From NCBI GenBank assembly GCA_044225365.1, contig JBGAIQ010000004.1, forward strand, positions 1 to 64,000: 64,000 bases of DNA. Direction: 5' to 3'. Of this stretch, positions 18,212 to 28,881 are shown one piece after another. The DNA comes from Planctomycetota bacterium (GTDB lineage: Bacteria; Planctomycetota; B15-G4; JADJEK01). The position numbers and the translations under genes were made by a program. Position 1 is the stretch's first letter. Every line of letters starts with the position of its first letter. A model generated the notes under the pieces. The model saw nothing but the letters and a program-made list of their open reading frames with translations. It was not told the DNA's origin and searched no databases.

Positions 18212-19399
18212 TCAGAGTCCCTGGATCGCCCGCGCGAAGTCGATCGCGACTTGCGTGTAGTTGCTCCCCTCGGGGATCGCGGTCGGCGCGCGGGGCAGGC
18301 GACCCTTGTCGTTCCAGGTCTTCGCCATTGCGGCGAGCTTCTCGCGCGCCTTCGCCGCGAGCGGCGATTTCGGATCGTCGGCCGTGCGCGCGAGCGCCAT
18401 TGCGGTGAGCTCGGGCGGGCCGAATTGGAAGGCGTCGTCGAGCGTCGCGGCGTTCGCGTCGTTGCCTTCGCCGCCCAGCACGCGGCTCACGAGTTCGGCG
18501 TCGAGGCCGCGCTTCAGTGCGCTCTCCACGATTGGCTCGAGGTTCGGTTCGTACTCGGAGTGGATGCCGATGCGCAGCGTGTTCGGACGATCGCGATCCC
18601 CGATCACGAAGCGGACGGTATCGGCTTCTTCGCTGTACCCGATCGAGAGCGAAGCCGCGGCCATGAAGAGCTTCTGCAGATCGTCGAAGTCCTCCTTCTT
18701 CTTGTCGGCGTCCTTCTCCGCCGTCGCGACGAGGCTCGCGATCATGTCGATCACGTAGCGCCGCTTGCTCCATTGCCATTCGTTGCGGTCGTAGGGCAGC
18801 GTCACGACGAGGGCCTGACCGTCGAGTGCGAGGAACGTGAACCCCTTCTCGGCGGCCTTGCGGATCTTCGCCTCGGTCGCGGGCATCCGGGATCCGTCGC
18901 TCGATTCGACCGCGAGGATTCGCTCGCACATGCATTGATTGAAGAGATCGAGCGTCTTCGTGATGTTCGGGATCACCACGCGCTGCAGCGCGCCCACGTG
19001 ACCTTCGCTGTCGCGATAGCTCGCGAAGTCCTCGACCTTCACGGATTGGAGCTGCGAGAGCAACGCCTTCGTCTTCGGCGGCGTGGAGCCGTTCTCCAGC
19101 GCCGCCTTCGCGCGGCTCGGCTGCAGGTGTCCGAACCAATCGACCAGCATCACGTCGCCCTCGGCGACGAACTTGGCGATCTGATCGGGCGCCGATTCGT
19201 CCTTGCCGCCGAAGACGCCGCCGCCTTCGTTGCGCTCAGGATTGTCGTGGATGCCGTCATACGCGATGACGAATCGCAATTCGTCCTTCGCGATGTCGTG
19301 GAACCACGAGATCCGCTGGCCGGTGAGTTCGACGCAGGCCGCAGCGAGGAGCGCGACGATTGCTGTGCCGACGAAGAGACGTAAATTGGAGAGCTTCAT
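18212..19399 (-). CDS. Hypothetical lipoprotein
   Basis: MKLSNLRLFVGTAIVALLAAAC lipobox; coding-like composition; family not recognised. Confidence 0.7.
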   Translation of the reverse strand: MKLSNLRLFVGTAIVALLAAACVELTGQRISWFHDIAKDELRFVIAYDGIHDNPERNEGGGVFGGKDESAPDQIAKFVAEGDVMLVDWFGHLQPSRAKAALENGSTPPKTKALLSQLQSVKVEDFASYRDSEGHVGALQRVVIPNITKTLDLFNQCMCERILAVESSDGSRMPATEAKIRKAAEKGFTFLALDGQALVVTLPYDRNEWQWSKRRYVIDMIASLVATAEKDADKKKEDFDDLQKLFMAAASLSIGYSEEADTVRFVIGDRDRPNTLRIGIHSEYEPNLEPIVESALKRGLDAELVSRVLGGEGNDANAATLDDAFQFGPPELTAMALARTADDPKSPLAAKAREKLAAMAKTWNDKGRLPRAPTAIPEGSNYTQVAIDFARAIQGL

Positions 19400-19605
19400 G
19401 AGGACCCCACTCGTATTTCGCGATCTGAGCCGGGTGCCCGCCGACTGAGACCACTCTAAGCCGGAAATCGCGAAGACTCCACTCCGCCAGCCGGCCACTT
19501 TGGGAGTTCCATCGGCAACGTCCTCGCGCGAACCGAAGTTCCTCTCCCGATCGTTTCGAACTTCGCTTCGCCACGACCCCTTCGTCGTGTTAAAACGCAT
19601 CGATC

Positions 19606-20781
19606 ATGAACCGCCAGATCGACACCTACCTGAAGGACCTGCTCCCCGAGGAGCGCTTCGACTTCTACTCCGTGGTTCGCGACTTCTCGGACGAGGAGAT
19701 CGCCCCCAATCTGCTGAAGTGGGAGCGCGAGCACGTGCTCGTTCCGCAGGCGACGATCTCGAAGATGGGCGAGATGGGCCTCTTCGGGCTGCCGATCGCG
19801 GAGGAATACGGCGGTCAGGGCGGCGACATCCTCGATCTCGTCCTCATGGGACTTGCGGTCGGTTATCACAGCCCGTCCGTCGCGATCACGCCCGGCGCCG
19901 CGATCTCGCTCGGCGCCAAGCCGCTGCAGCTCTTCGGCACCGACGCGCAGAAGAAAGCCCATCTCCCCGACCTCGCCGCCGGCCGCCGCATGTTCGTCTT
20001 CGGCCTCTCCGAGCCCGGCCGCGGCAGCGACGCCGCGAATCCGCAGGTGACGGCGAAGAAGGTCGGGAACGAGTGGGTCATCAAGGGCGAGAAGTGTTGG
20101 TCGACCAACGCGAAGTGGGCGAGCCACTGCGTCGTCCACGCGCTGACCGATACCTCCGGCAAGAACGGTAAGCGATCGACTTGCTTCATCGTCCCGATGG
20201 ATGGCAAGGGCGTCCACTATCAGGAGATGAAGGGCAAGAAGGTGTGGGAGCAGTCCTCCACCGGCTCGATCATGTTCGACGACGTCCGCGTGCCGGCCGA
20301 CGCGATCCTCGGCAAGGAGAACGACGGCTTCAAGGTGATGGTGACGACGCTGAACGGCGGCCGTCTGTTCATCGCCGGACTCGCGCTCGCCTCGACGGCC
20401 TTCGCGCTCGACAAGTGCCGGCGCTACGCCGAGGAGCGCATCCAGTTCGACGAGCAGCCGATCGGCCGGTTCCAGCGCGTGCAGGACGTGATCGTCGATC
20501 TCGACATCGCGCTCGAGCGCGGGCTCACCTGGCTCGTCCACCACTGCGATCGCTACGAGAAGGGCACCCTCTCGCGCGAGCAGGCCGCGAAGGTCAAGGT
20601 CGACTGCAGCCGCACGGCGAGCGATCTCCTCGTTCAAGCGATGGAGATCTGCGGCGGCGTGGCGTGCTTCGACGAGTTCGGCCTCATCCGCCATCACAAC
20701 GATCTGTTCGTGACCCGCGTGGGCGAGGGCAGCAACTTCGCGCTCAAGGACCTGATCGTCCGCCCGCTGCGCGCGATCTGA
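19606..20781 (+). CDS. Acyl-CoA dehydrogenase family protein
   Basis: EEYGGQG, FGLSEPGRGSD, IKGEKCWSTN, LNGGR, ERIQFDEQPIGRFQ, ICGG, VGEGSN. Confidence 0.92.
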   Translation: MNRQIDTYLKDLLPEERFDFYSVVRDFSDEEIAPNLLKWEREHVLVPQATISKMGEMGLFGLPIAEEYGGQGGDILDLVLMGLAVGYHSPSVAITPGAAISLGAKPLQLFGTDAQKKAHLPDLAAGRRMFVFGLSEPGRGSDAANPQVTAKKVGNEWVIKGEKCWSTNAKWASHCVVHALTDTSGKNGKRSTCFIVPMDGKGVHYQEMKGKKVWEQSSTGSIMFDDVRVPADAILGKENDGFKVMVTTLNGGRLFIAGLALASTAFALDKCRRYAEERIQFDEQPIGRFQRVQDVIVDLDIALERGLTWLVHHCDRYEKGTLSREQAAKVKVDCSRTASDLLVQAMEICGGVACFDEFGLIRHHNDLFVTRVGEGSNFALKDLIVRPLRAI

Positions 20782-20808
20782 GCGATCGCGCGAGCGGCGG
20801 ACTGCGAA

Positions 20809-23400
20809 TCAGAGAACGGAGATCTTCACGCCGTTCGAGGCGGCGAATCCGATTCCGCTCGCGGGCACGACGAACGTCTGTGCGGTGAAGATCGTGCCGG
20901 CGAGCGACGGGGCGATGGGTGCGGACGCGGACGCGTTCGGGATGGTCCCGCTGAGTGAGATCGTCCACATCACCGGGAAGATCCCGGAGATCGCGAGCGT
21001 GCACCCGTGCCCGACCGGCGCGGATGCTTTGCCCGTGCCGAGGAACGTGAAAGCGGTCACGTACTGCGCGGCGTAGTCGAGCGCGAGCCCGAGGGTCCCT
21101 CCCACGCCCGGGCAACCGATCGGAGTGAGGTACGGCAGGTAATCCCCCGGCTTCGCCGCGCAGGCGTATCCATACTCCTCGAACGAACCGCCGCAGGGAT
21201 CGTGCGAGAGCGCGGGATGCTCGACCGTGATGCTGCCTGGCGCCTGGCCCAGCACGGACGGTGCGGAAGTCAGCAGCTCGATCGAGCCGTCGGCGTCGAG
21301 ATCGTCGAAGTAGACCGCTTGACCAAATGCCGTCGCGATCGATTCCTCGACCCACCCGCTTGGCAGATTGCGCTGCATGACGAAGGACTGGAAATACCCG
21401 AACGCGGCGTCGCGCTTGCCGCGATACACAAGGTCGAGCCTGCCGTCGCCATCGACGTCACGCACGCCCCGCAGTTCCGCGGTCGCATCCGAAGGCGGCG
21501 TGAGCGGTGCGCCCAGCGCGAATCCGCCGGCGCCGTTCGAGACGAAGACCTGCGCCTTCCCACCGGTGATGACGTCGGCCTTTCCGTCGCCGGTCCAGTC
21601 GAGGGCCGCGACGAACGAAACGCGCGGGGTCGCGAGCGAGAGCGAGGTCGGGAAACCCAGATTGCCGTCGCCGAAACGGACGACGATCTCGCCCGCGACG
21701 CCGTCGTCGCATGCGATCGCGACATCGAGATTGCCGTCCGTATCGAAGTCCGCGACCGCGACGTGACGCGCCGGCTTCGGCGTGGCGATCCCGGGCTGAG
21801 CGACGAAAGCGCCGTTCTGGTTCCGCACGGGGTAGAGCACTCCTCCCGCCCCGAGCGTCTTCACGACGACGATATCGGAATCTCCATCGTGATCGAAATC
21901 CGCGGCGACCAGCGCGGGCGATTGCCCCGCTCCCACGGCGATCGCAGATCCGAACGGAGCGAGGCTCGCGCCGGCCTGTCCCGGTGCGATGCGCAGATCC
22001 TGGTCCGCCCACAGCAGATCGAGATCGCCATCCTGATTGACGTCGAGGAGGATCGAATCGAAGGGGTTCTCCGTGAACACTCCGCCAGAGGCCAGGGACC
22101 CGATGCCCGACACCTCCGTCAGGCCGCCGTTCGGAAGTCCACGATGGACGATCGGCCCATCGACGATGGCGATCGCGTCACGTCGGCCGTCGTGATCCGT
22201 GTCGCCGAAGGTCGCGCTCTTCCACCCGCCGGGCGATGCGAATTGCGAGGAGTGTCGGAATCCGTCGAGCGAGTCGCGCAGCAGAATGCCCACGCCGCCG
22301 CGCACGGGGTCGACTCCGAAGAGGTCGAGATCGAGGTCGCCGTCGGCGTCGAAGATCGCCTTGACGGGCGCGGTCGGCATCGAACCGCCCTCGACGCGGA
22401 AGTGTCCGATGCCGTCGTTCTTCATTTCGAGCACGAGTCCGCTGCTGACGAACGTGAGGTCGAGATCGAGGTCGCCGTCGTGATCGATATCCGCGGCGAT
22501 CAGGTCCTGAGCCTCGAGATACGCGACGTTCACCCGCGACGACTCGTCGAATCCACCATCACCGCGCCCCACGCGAACGACGATCGGATTCGAAAAGACG
22601 AAGGCTCCGAACGATTCCGCCACCGTCGCGAGGTCGAGTTTGCCGTCACCGGTGAAATCGGCGAGCGCCACCGAGGCGGGAATGAAGGTCTCGAGGATCG
22701 ATCCCATGGGCGCGAACGACGAGCCCATCTGATTCTTGAACGATCTGACCCTCTGGCCGTCGATGGCGACGATCTCGGGAAAGCCGTCGGATTCGATGTC
22801 TCCGCAGTCGAGATCGCGCGAGTTCAGGTTGGCGACCAGGACCTCGGGGCCGAAGCTCCCGGCGTTGTTCTTGCGCACGACGAGCCGGCCCTGGCCCTGC
22901 GTCGTCGCGCCGGAGATCACGACGTCGAGGTCGCCGTCGAGATCGAGATCGCGCAGGATGAACGAGACGGGTTCGAAGGTGAGTCCGTAGTAGGATCCGG
23001 AAAGGAACTGGAAGGCGCCGTTGCCCGCGATCACGCCGAAGGTCGGGATGGTCGTCGCGAAGTTGGTCCCGATGAAAGCGAGGTCGAGGTTGCTGTCCCC
23101 GGCAAGATTCGCGAGAGCGGCCGCGCGGGGGCGGGCGCTGAACGACGTGACGCCCGCTTCTTCGAAGCGGGCATCGCCGAGGGAGCGGTAGGAACGCGCG
23201 AGCCAGTCGGTGTCGTCGGCGACGACGAAGTCGGTGCGACCATCGTGGTCGATGTCGCCGGAGGCGATCGCGTTGGGCGTCGGGCCCGTCGCGACGAACT
23301 GCTGGCGGAACAGGGGCTTCGTGCCTGCGAACGCAACGGCCGCGAACACTTCCAGGGACACAACGGTGGCTACGGTGCTGAAGGCTCGAACACGAATCAT
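20809..23400 (-). CDS. Secreted FG-GAP/VCBS repeat protein with shared C-terminal domain
   Basis: Many D(F/I)DxDGxxD repeats; YGYAC..FAASNGVKISVL tail. Confidence 0.85.
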   Translation of the reverse strand: MIRVRAFSTVATVVSLEVFAAVAFAGTKPLFRQQFVATGPTPNAIASGDIDHDGRTDFVVADDTDWLARSYRSLGDARFEEAGVTSFSARPRAAALANLAGDSNLDLAFIGTNFATTIPTFGVIAGNGAFQFLSGSYYGLTFEPVSFILRDLDLDGDLDVVISGATTQGQGRLVVRKNNAGSFGPEVLVANLNSRDLDCGDIESDGFPEIVAIDGQRVRSFKNQMGSSFAPMGSILETFIPASVALADFTGDGKLDLATVAESFGAFVFSNPIVVRVGRGDGGFDESSRVNVAYLEAQDLIAADIDHDGDLDLDLTFVSSGLVLEMKNDGIGHFRVEGGSMPTAPVKAIFDADGDLDLDLFGVDPVRGGVGILLRDSLDGFRHSSQFASPGGWKSATFGDTDHDGRRDAIAIVDGPIVHRGLPNGGLTEVSGIGSLASGGVFTENPFDSILLDVNQDGDLDLLWADQDLRIAPGQAGASLAPFGSAIAVGAGQSPALVAADFDHDGDSDIVVVKTLGAGGVLYPVRNQNGAFVAQPGIATPKPARHVAVADFDTDGNLDVAIACDDGVAGEIVVRFGDGNLGFPTSLSLATPRVSFVAALDWTGDGKADVITGGKAQVFVSNGAGGFALGAPLTPPSDATAELRGVRDVDGDGRLDLVYRGKRDAAFGYFQSFVMQRNLPSGWVEESIATAFGQAVYFDDLDADGSIELLTSAPSVLGQAPGSITVEHPALSHDPCGGSFEEYGYACAAKPGDYLPYLTPIGCPGVGGTLGLALDYAAQYVTAFTFLGTGKASAPVGHGCTLAISGIFPVMWTISLSGTIPNASASAPIAPSLAGTIFTAQTFVVPASGIGFAASNGVKISVL

Positions 23401-23590
23401 GGCAACTCCGGTCGGGTCGACCTCGTGTGATCGTAACCCGGAAGAGTCAGCCGCTCAGGGTGCAACCTACCTCGATCGAGTGCTTGGTAACCGGCTTCGC
23501 CGCCGCGCGAACGCGAACTTCGGATTTTCACGCAGGCCGTGACGCGGCTCTCTCGTCTCCTGCCGTTTCCGCTTTCCGAAGGAGACGGAA

Positions 23591-25354
23591 ATGCTGGCAG
23601 CCTTCCTCTGGTGCTGGGCGTGCGCGACTTTCTCGACGACGGATTCGGGGATCCCGGCGCCGGGAAACCGTGAACCGAACGCGCCTCGAGCGACCGCGCC
23701 AGCCGTCCCGAATGCAGGCCCCCCGAGCGGCGCGGGCGGGATCAGCTTCAAGCTGCGCGATTCGCGGCAGGACCCGCGAGCCTTCGTTCGCGCCCTCCGA
23801 GCGGATCATCCCGAGTTCGCCACGGCGCACGTACTGCGGGTGAATCGCCTCGGGATCGTCGATCTCGATCTTGCGGCGGATGCCACGGGGCGCGCCGTGG
23901 CCCTTCTCGAAGCGACCGGCGAGTGCGAGTTCGCGGAAACGAACGGCGTCGCGAACTGGCTCTCCGAACCGAACGACCCGCTGTTCCCCGCGCAGTGGAA
24001 CCTGGCGAACACGGGTCAGAGCGGCGGCGTGATCCATGCCGACGTGGACGCGAGCGGTGCATTCGATCTCGAGGACGGCGATCGATCGATCGTCGTCGCG
24101 GTCATCGACACCGGAGTCGAACTCGATCATCCCGATCTCTTCGCCAACCTGTGGGTCAACGAGCGCGAGATCGCGAGCAACGGGATCGATGACGACGGCA
24201 ACGGCTTCGTCGACGACGTGCGCGGCTGGGATTTCGGCGACGACGACAACGGCCCGGAGCCAGGGAGCCGGCACGGCGGAGTGGACCCGCACGGGACGAT
24301 GGTCGCAGGCATCGTCGGCGCCGTCGGGAACAACGGCCTCGGGATGACGGGGCTCGCGGGCGGCGGTCGCGACTCGGTCGGTTGTCGACTGATGCCGCTG
24401 AAGATCCTCGGCGCGATCTCGCCCGCGGCCTGCCTCGACGATGCGATCCTCTACGCGGTCGACAACGGCGCCAAGGTCATCACGCTCTCGCTCGCGATCG
24501 CGCCGTCCCACGCGGTCGAACTCGCGCTCGCCGCGGCCGACGCCGCGGGCGTCTTCATCGACGCCGGCGCCGGGAACAGCGGCGGAATCGCGTATCCCGC
24601 GGCGAGCGCGTTCGTGACCGCGGTCGGCGGGACCGACGCGAGCGATCGTCCCTCGACGTTCAGCGCGGGACCGCAGATGGAGATCGCGGCGCCCGCGCTC
24701 TTCATCGTCACGACGACGACGGGTCACTCGTACACCGTGGGAAGCGGCACATCGATGGCGGCGCCGCAGGTCGCGGCGACGGCGGCGCTCCTGTTCTCGC
24801 AGAACCGCGCGCTCACCGTGGCGCAGGTCCGATCGATCCTGAGGGAGAGTTCCGACGACGTCGCGACGCCGGGATTCGATGCGTTCACGGGCTACGGCCG
24901 GCTCGACGTGCACCGCTCTCTCGAACTCGGCCGCCGTGCGATCGCACCGAGCGTCCGTCTCGTCGGTAGTGGAAGCGTCGGGAGGAACGGCCTCGTTCCC
25001 GTCATCGGTACGAACGGAGTTCCGCCGTGCGCGGGGGCGCATGGCGCGGGGATCTTCGTCGGCAATGTCACGCCGAACGAACCGGGTTTCCTGTTCCTCG
25101 GCGCGGCGCGATCGAGCTCACTCGACCCCGTCACGACGCTCGTCGTCGATCTCGCGTCGATCCACTGCGTGATCCCCGTCATCACCGATGCGAAGGGAGA
25201 GGTCGGCGTCGCGGGCGACCTCCCGCCCGATCCGCGTCTCGCCGGGACGCGGGTCTACGCCCAGTTCGTCGGCTGCGACGCCCTCGCAGAGCACGGATTC
25301 GCTGCCTCGAGAGGTCTCGAGATCACGATCGGTAGCCTGGCTGCGGAACACTGA
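23591..25354 (+). CDS. Subtilisin-like S8 serine protease with shared C-terminal domain
   Basis: VIDTG, HGTMVAG, AGNSG, GTSMAAP; NGIDDDGNGFVDD insert; ..VYAQF..FAASRGLEITIG tail. Confidence 0.9.
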   Translation: MLAAFLWCWACATFSTTDSGIPAPGNREPNAPRATAPAVPNAGPPSGAGGISFKLRDSRQDPRAFVRALRADHPEFATAHVLRVNRLGIVDLDLAADATGRAVALLEATGECEFAETNGVANWLSEPNDPLFPAQWNLANTGQSGGVIHADVDASGAFDLEDGDRSIVVAVIDTGVELDHPDLFANLWVNEREIASNGIDDDGNGFVDDVRGWDFGDDDNGPEPGSRHGGVDPHGTMVAGIVGAVGNNGLGMTGLAGGGRDSVGCRLMPLKILGAISPAACLDDAILYAVDNGAKVITLSLAIAPSHAVELALAAADAAGVFIDAGAGNSGGIAYPAASAFVTAVGGTDASDRPSTFSAGPQMEIAAPALFIVTTTTGHSYTVGSGTSMAAPQVAATAALLFSQNRALTVAQVRSILRESSDDVATPGFDAFTGYGRLDVHRSLELGRRAIAPSVRLVGSGSVGRNGLVPVIGTNGVPPCAGAHGAGIFVGNVTPNEPGFLFLGAARSSSLDPVTTLVVDLASIHCVIPVITDAKGEVGVAGDLPPDPRLAGTRVYAQFVGCDALAEHGFAASRGLEITIGSLAAEH

Positions 25355-25618
25355 CGCTGTCGTACCCGGCGTCGCGGCCTAAATGACCGTTCACGATTCG
25401 GCCAGGCCTCCGACCGTTCGAGCCGCGCATGCATCGACGGACCTCCTCACCGACTCTTTTCCAGGGTGTTTCGTTCGCTTCTCGCGCCGCGCAGACAAAT
25501 CTGCATCCGCCTTCGCGCTCTTTCCGCAGTATCCTGCACGCTTCGAGCCGCATCGAAGCGTCGCCCGCGAGGCGGCCCCCATCACGAACCGATAGGGCAC
25601 CAAAGAACGAACGACTCC

Positions 25619-28513
25619 GTGAGCAAAGCTGCACGCGATCCGAACGAATTCGCCGACGTGAGTCACATCACGATCTCGCATCCCAATTCTCCGCCGCCTT
25701 CGCCTCCTGCGGCGGAGGCGGGCAAGGGCGTAGAGACTCCTACGCCGCCGTCGCAGCTCGAACACTCGGTCCACTGCACTGCGCATCGCGACGACGGGAC
25801 CGCCTGGCATTGCTTCATCGAGCAATTGCGCGCCCGCGGGCCGACCTGGTCCCGCTACGAGATCCGGGGGGAGATCGGTCGCGGCGGCATGGGCGTCGTC
25901 TACAAGGCCTTCGACAAGGACACGCGTCGCGAACTCGCGATGAAGGTGATCCTCGAACCCGCCGAAGCCGAGAGCGGGTCGGGCAGCTATCGCCTCGACG
26001 ATCGCACCCTCGGTCGCTTCCTCGAGGAAGCCCAGGTGACGAGCCAGCTCGATCACCCCGGCATCGTTCCGGTGCACGAGATCGGTCTCGACACCCAGTG
26101 CCGCGTCTACTTCACGATGAAGTACGTGAAGGGCGAGGACCTGCGCGCGATCTACGACAAGGTACGCCTCGGCGTCGATGGCTGGACCGTACCGCGCGCG
26201 GTTTCGGTGCTGCTCAAGGTCTGCGAGGCGATGGCCTTCGCGCACGCGAAGGGCGTGATCCACCGCGACCTCAAGCCGTCGAACGTGATGGTCGGTCGGT
26301 TCGGCGAAGCCTACGTGATGGACTGGGGCCTCGCGCGCGTCGTCGAGCCGCGAGTGAGCACGATGACTTCGGTCATCCGCCGGGCATTCGTCGATCCCGA
26401 CGCGAGCACGATCAAGAGCGCGCGCAAGGACGTCTCCGACAGTTCCTCGGGCGCCGAACTCGTGACGCTCGACGGCGACGTCGTCGGCACGCCGAGCTAC
26501 ATGTCGCCGGAACAGGCGCGGGGAAGTCGCGAGAACGTGGGACCGCAGTCGGACGTCTACTCCGTCGGCGCGATGCTGTACCACCTGCTCGCAGGGCATG
26601 CGCCCTATCGCGATGGCGACCAACCGCTCTCGCCGCAGACGATCACGTCGCTCGTGCTCGTCGGACCGCCGCGCCCGTTGTCCGACATCGCCGTCGGCGC
26701 GCCGCCCGAGCTCGTCGCGATCTGCGAGAAGGCGATGGCGCGCGAGTTGTCGTCGCGATACACGTCGATGGGCCGACTGGCCGACGACCTGCGCGCCTGG
26801 CTCGAGAACCGCGTCGTCTCCGCCTACGAGAGCGGCTCGTTCGCCGAGATCCGCAAGTGGATGCGGCGCAACCGCGGCGCGGCGCTGACCGCGACGTTCG
26901 CGATCCTCGTCATCGTCGGCATCTCCAGCTTCTACCTCCGCTCGCTCATCGCGCGCGAAGAGGTCGCGCGGACGGAGGCATCGCGGGCGGATCGCAACGC
27001 GAAGGAAGCCGAGAAGAACGCGATCGAGGCGAAGAAACGCACGCAAGAGGTCGAGATCGCACACCAGAGCGTGATGCGCCTCTCGGACGCCACGCGCATC
27101 CAACACCTCGTTCGCGATTGGGACACGTTGTGGCCCGCGGTCCCGGAGCTCGCTCCCCGCATGCAGGACTGGCTGCGACGCGCCCGCGAACTCGTGGGCC
27201 ACCGCGCCGCGCACGAAGCCACGCTCGCGACGCTTCGCGAACACCATCGCGGATTGCCGCATCCGGACGAGGCGAAGCTCGCCGATCTACGCGCGATAGG
27301 GAAGAGCGACGAAGCCGCGGCGCTCGCACGCCGGATCGAGAGCGAGCGGGACTACGACTTCCAGAACGACGAACAGGGACAGTGGTGGCACGATACCCTG
27401 CGCGATCTCGTCGTCGCTCTCGCCGCGCTCGATGCGAGTGATTCGAGCGCCCTCTACAAGCCGACGATCGCGAGCATGGAGACACGCCTCCGATTCGCCG
27501 AGACGGTCGAGCAGCGCTCGATTCGCGACCATCAGGTCGATTGGAACGACACCCTCGCCGCCATCGCAGCCTCGCCTCTCTACCACGGCCTGCGAATCCA
27601 ACCGCAGCTCGGACTCGTGCCCCTCGGGCCGGATCCGAAGTCGGGACTCTTCGAATTCGCGCTCCTGCAAACGGGCGACGTACCGGTCCGCGATCGAACG
27701 AGCGGCAAGCTCGCGATCGGCGGCGACACGGGCGTCGTCTTCGTCCTGCTCCCCGGCGGGAAGTACCAGGTCGGAGCGCAGAAGAAGGATCCCAAGGCGC
27801 CCCATTTCGACGATCTCGCGGCCGATTCGGAATGCGACGGACCCGAAGTGAGTCTCGATCCGTTCTTCATGTCGAAGTTCGAGCTGACCCAAGGGCAGTG
27901 GCTGCGCATCACGGGCGAAGCGCCGAGTCACTACCATCCGCCGTTCGCGCACGAAGGCGTCGCGATCACTTGGCAGAATCCCGTCGAGCAGGTGAGCTTC
28001 GACGACGTCGTCCGGATCACGAAACGGCTCGGACTCGGAGTGACGGTCCCCACCTTCGCCCAGTGGGAATACGCGGCGCGCGGCGGGAGCGACTCCCGCT
28101 ACCTCGGCGGGGCGACCCACGCCGGACTCGACAAGTTCGCGAACCTGTCGGATCTGTTCTGCAAGACGCACGGTGGACCGCCGAGCTGGACCTACGACGA
28201 CGATCTCGACGACGGATTCGTGATGCATGCGCCCGTCGGGTCGCTCGATCCCAATGGTTTTGGTCTCCACGACGTGATCGGCAACGTCTGGGAGTGGTGT
28301 CGCGAGCCGATCGGAGACCTCGCGAAGGCGACCGTCCATCCGGGAGACGGCGAAATGACGTTCCCGCGGGCGGATTCGTCGTTCCGTGCCACCCGCGGAG
28401 CGAGTTACAACGACCCCGCCTCCGAGACGCGCCTCGCCGACTACCAGGAGCAGACCGCCCACGAGAGCCACACCAACCTCGGAGTGCGCCTTTCGCGCTC
28501 GATCTCGCGCTGA
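25619..28513 (+). CDS. Ser/Thr protein kinase, TM helix and FGE/SUMF1-like domain (start uncertain)
   Basis: GRGGMGVVY, AMK, HRDLKPSN, DWG, GTPSYMSPEQ; C-terminal PTFAQWEYAARGG, NGFGLHDVIGNVWEWC, RGASY, LGVR. Confidence 0.9.
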   Translation: MSKAARDPNEFADVSHITISHPNSPPPSPPAAEAGKGVETPTPPSQLEHSVHCTAHRDDGTAWHCFIEQLRARGPTWSRYEIRGEIGRGGMGVVYKAFDKDTRRELAMKVILEPAEAESGSGSYRLDDRTLGRFLEEAQVTSQLDHPGIVPVHEIGLDTQCRVYFTMKYVKGEDLRAIYDKVRLGVDGWTVPRAVSVLLKVCEAMAFAHAKGVIHRDLKPSNVMVGRFGEAYVMDWGLARVVEPRVSTMTSVIRRAFVDPDASTIKSARKDVSDSSSGAELVTLDGDVVGTPSYMSPEQARGSRENVGPQSDVYSVGAMLYHLLAGHAPYRDGDQPLSPQTITSLVLVGPPRPLSDIAVGAPPELVAICEKAMARELSSRYTSMGRLADDLRAWLENRVVSAYESGSFAEIRKWMRRNRGAALTATFAILVIVGISSFYLRSLIAREEVARTEASRADRNAKEAEKNAIEAKKRTQEVEIAHQSVMRLSDATRIQHLVRDWDTLWPAVPELAPRMQDWLRRARELVGHRAAHEATLATLREHHRGLPHPDEAKLADLRAIGKSDEAAALARRIESERDYDFQNDEQGQWWHDTLRDLVVALAALDASDSSALYKPTIASMETRLRFAETVEQRSIRDHQVDWNDTLAAIAASPLYHGLRIQPQLGLVPLGPDPKSGLFEFALLQTGDVPVRDRTSGKLAIGGDTGVVFVLLPGGKYQVGAQKKDPKAPHFDDLAADSECDGPEVSLDPFFMSKFELTQGQWLRITGEAPSHYHPPFAHEGVAITWQNPVEQVSFDDVVRITKRLGLGVTVPTFAQWEYAARGGSDSRYLGGATHAGLDKFANLSDLFCKTHGGPPSWTYDDDLDDGFVMHAPVGSLDPNGFGLHDVIGNVWEWCREPIGDLAKATVHPGDGEMTFPRADSSFRATRGASYNDPASETRLADYQEQTAHESHTNLGVRLSRSISR

Positions 28514-28562
28514 ACCGCCTTCCAACTCAAGAATTCCGTCGCGTTAGTCGATCTCCCGCTCG

Positions 28563-28763
28563 ATGAGCGAAGACAAACACCCGCCCTGCGTCCTGTGCGT
28601 TCACTTCTTCGTGACGTGGGATCGCAATCTTCCCCGCGGGTGTCGCGCGTTCGCCATCAAGAGCCAGGCCTATCCCTCGACCCTCGTCGAGCAGGAATCC
28701 GGTGAGCCGTGCCACGCCTATCAGCGCCGGCAACTCCCGGTGCGAGTCACGACTCCTTCTTGA
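28563..28763 (+). CDS. Small Cys-rich conserved hypothetical protein (probably metal-binding)
   Basis: CVLCVHFFVTWD..PRGCRAFAIKS..PS..V..SGEPC..Y: four Cys in a pattern seen in a widespread ~60-aa family. Confidence 0.75.
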   Translation: MSEDKHPPCVLCVHFFVTWDRNLPRGCRAFAIKSQAYPSTLVEQESGEPCHAYQRRQLPVRVTTPS

Positions 28764-28807
28764 CGTGACCGGCTCGCATCCCTCTGCCTGATCGATTCCC
28801 GCGTTCC

Positions 28808-28857
28808 TCGACGTAGAACCGGTCAAAGGGTTATAATTCGGAGTAGACGATCGTCTA
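28808..28857 (+). promoter_or_regulatory. Sigma70-type promoter with a palindromic operator upstream of ric
   Basis: TCGACG 28808-13, TATAAT 28832-37, perfect palindrome TAGACGATCGTCTA 28844-57 over the expected start site. Confidence 0.6.
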
Positions 28858-28881
28858 TTACCGAAAGGTGGGCACCCCATC

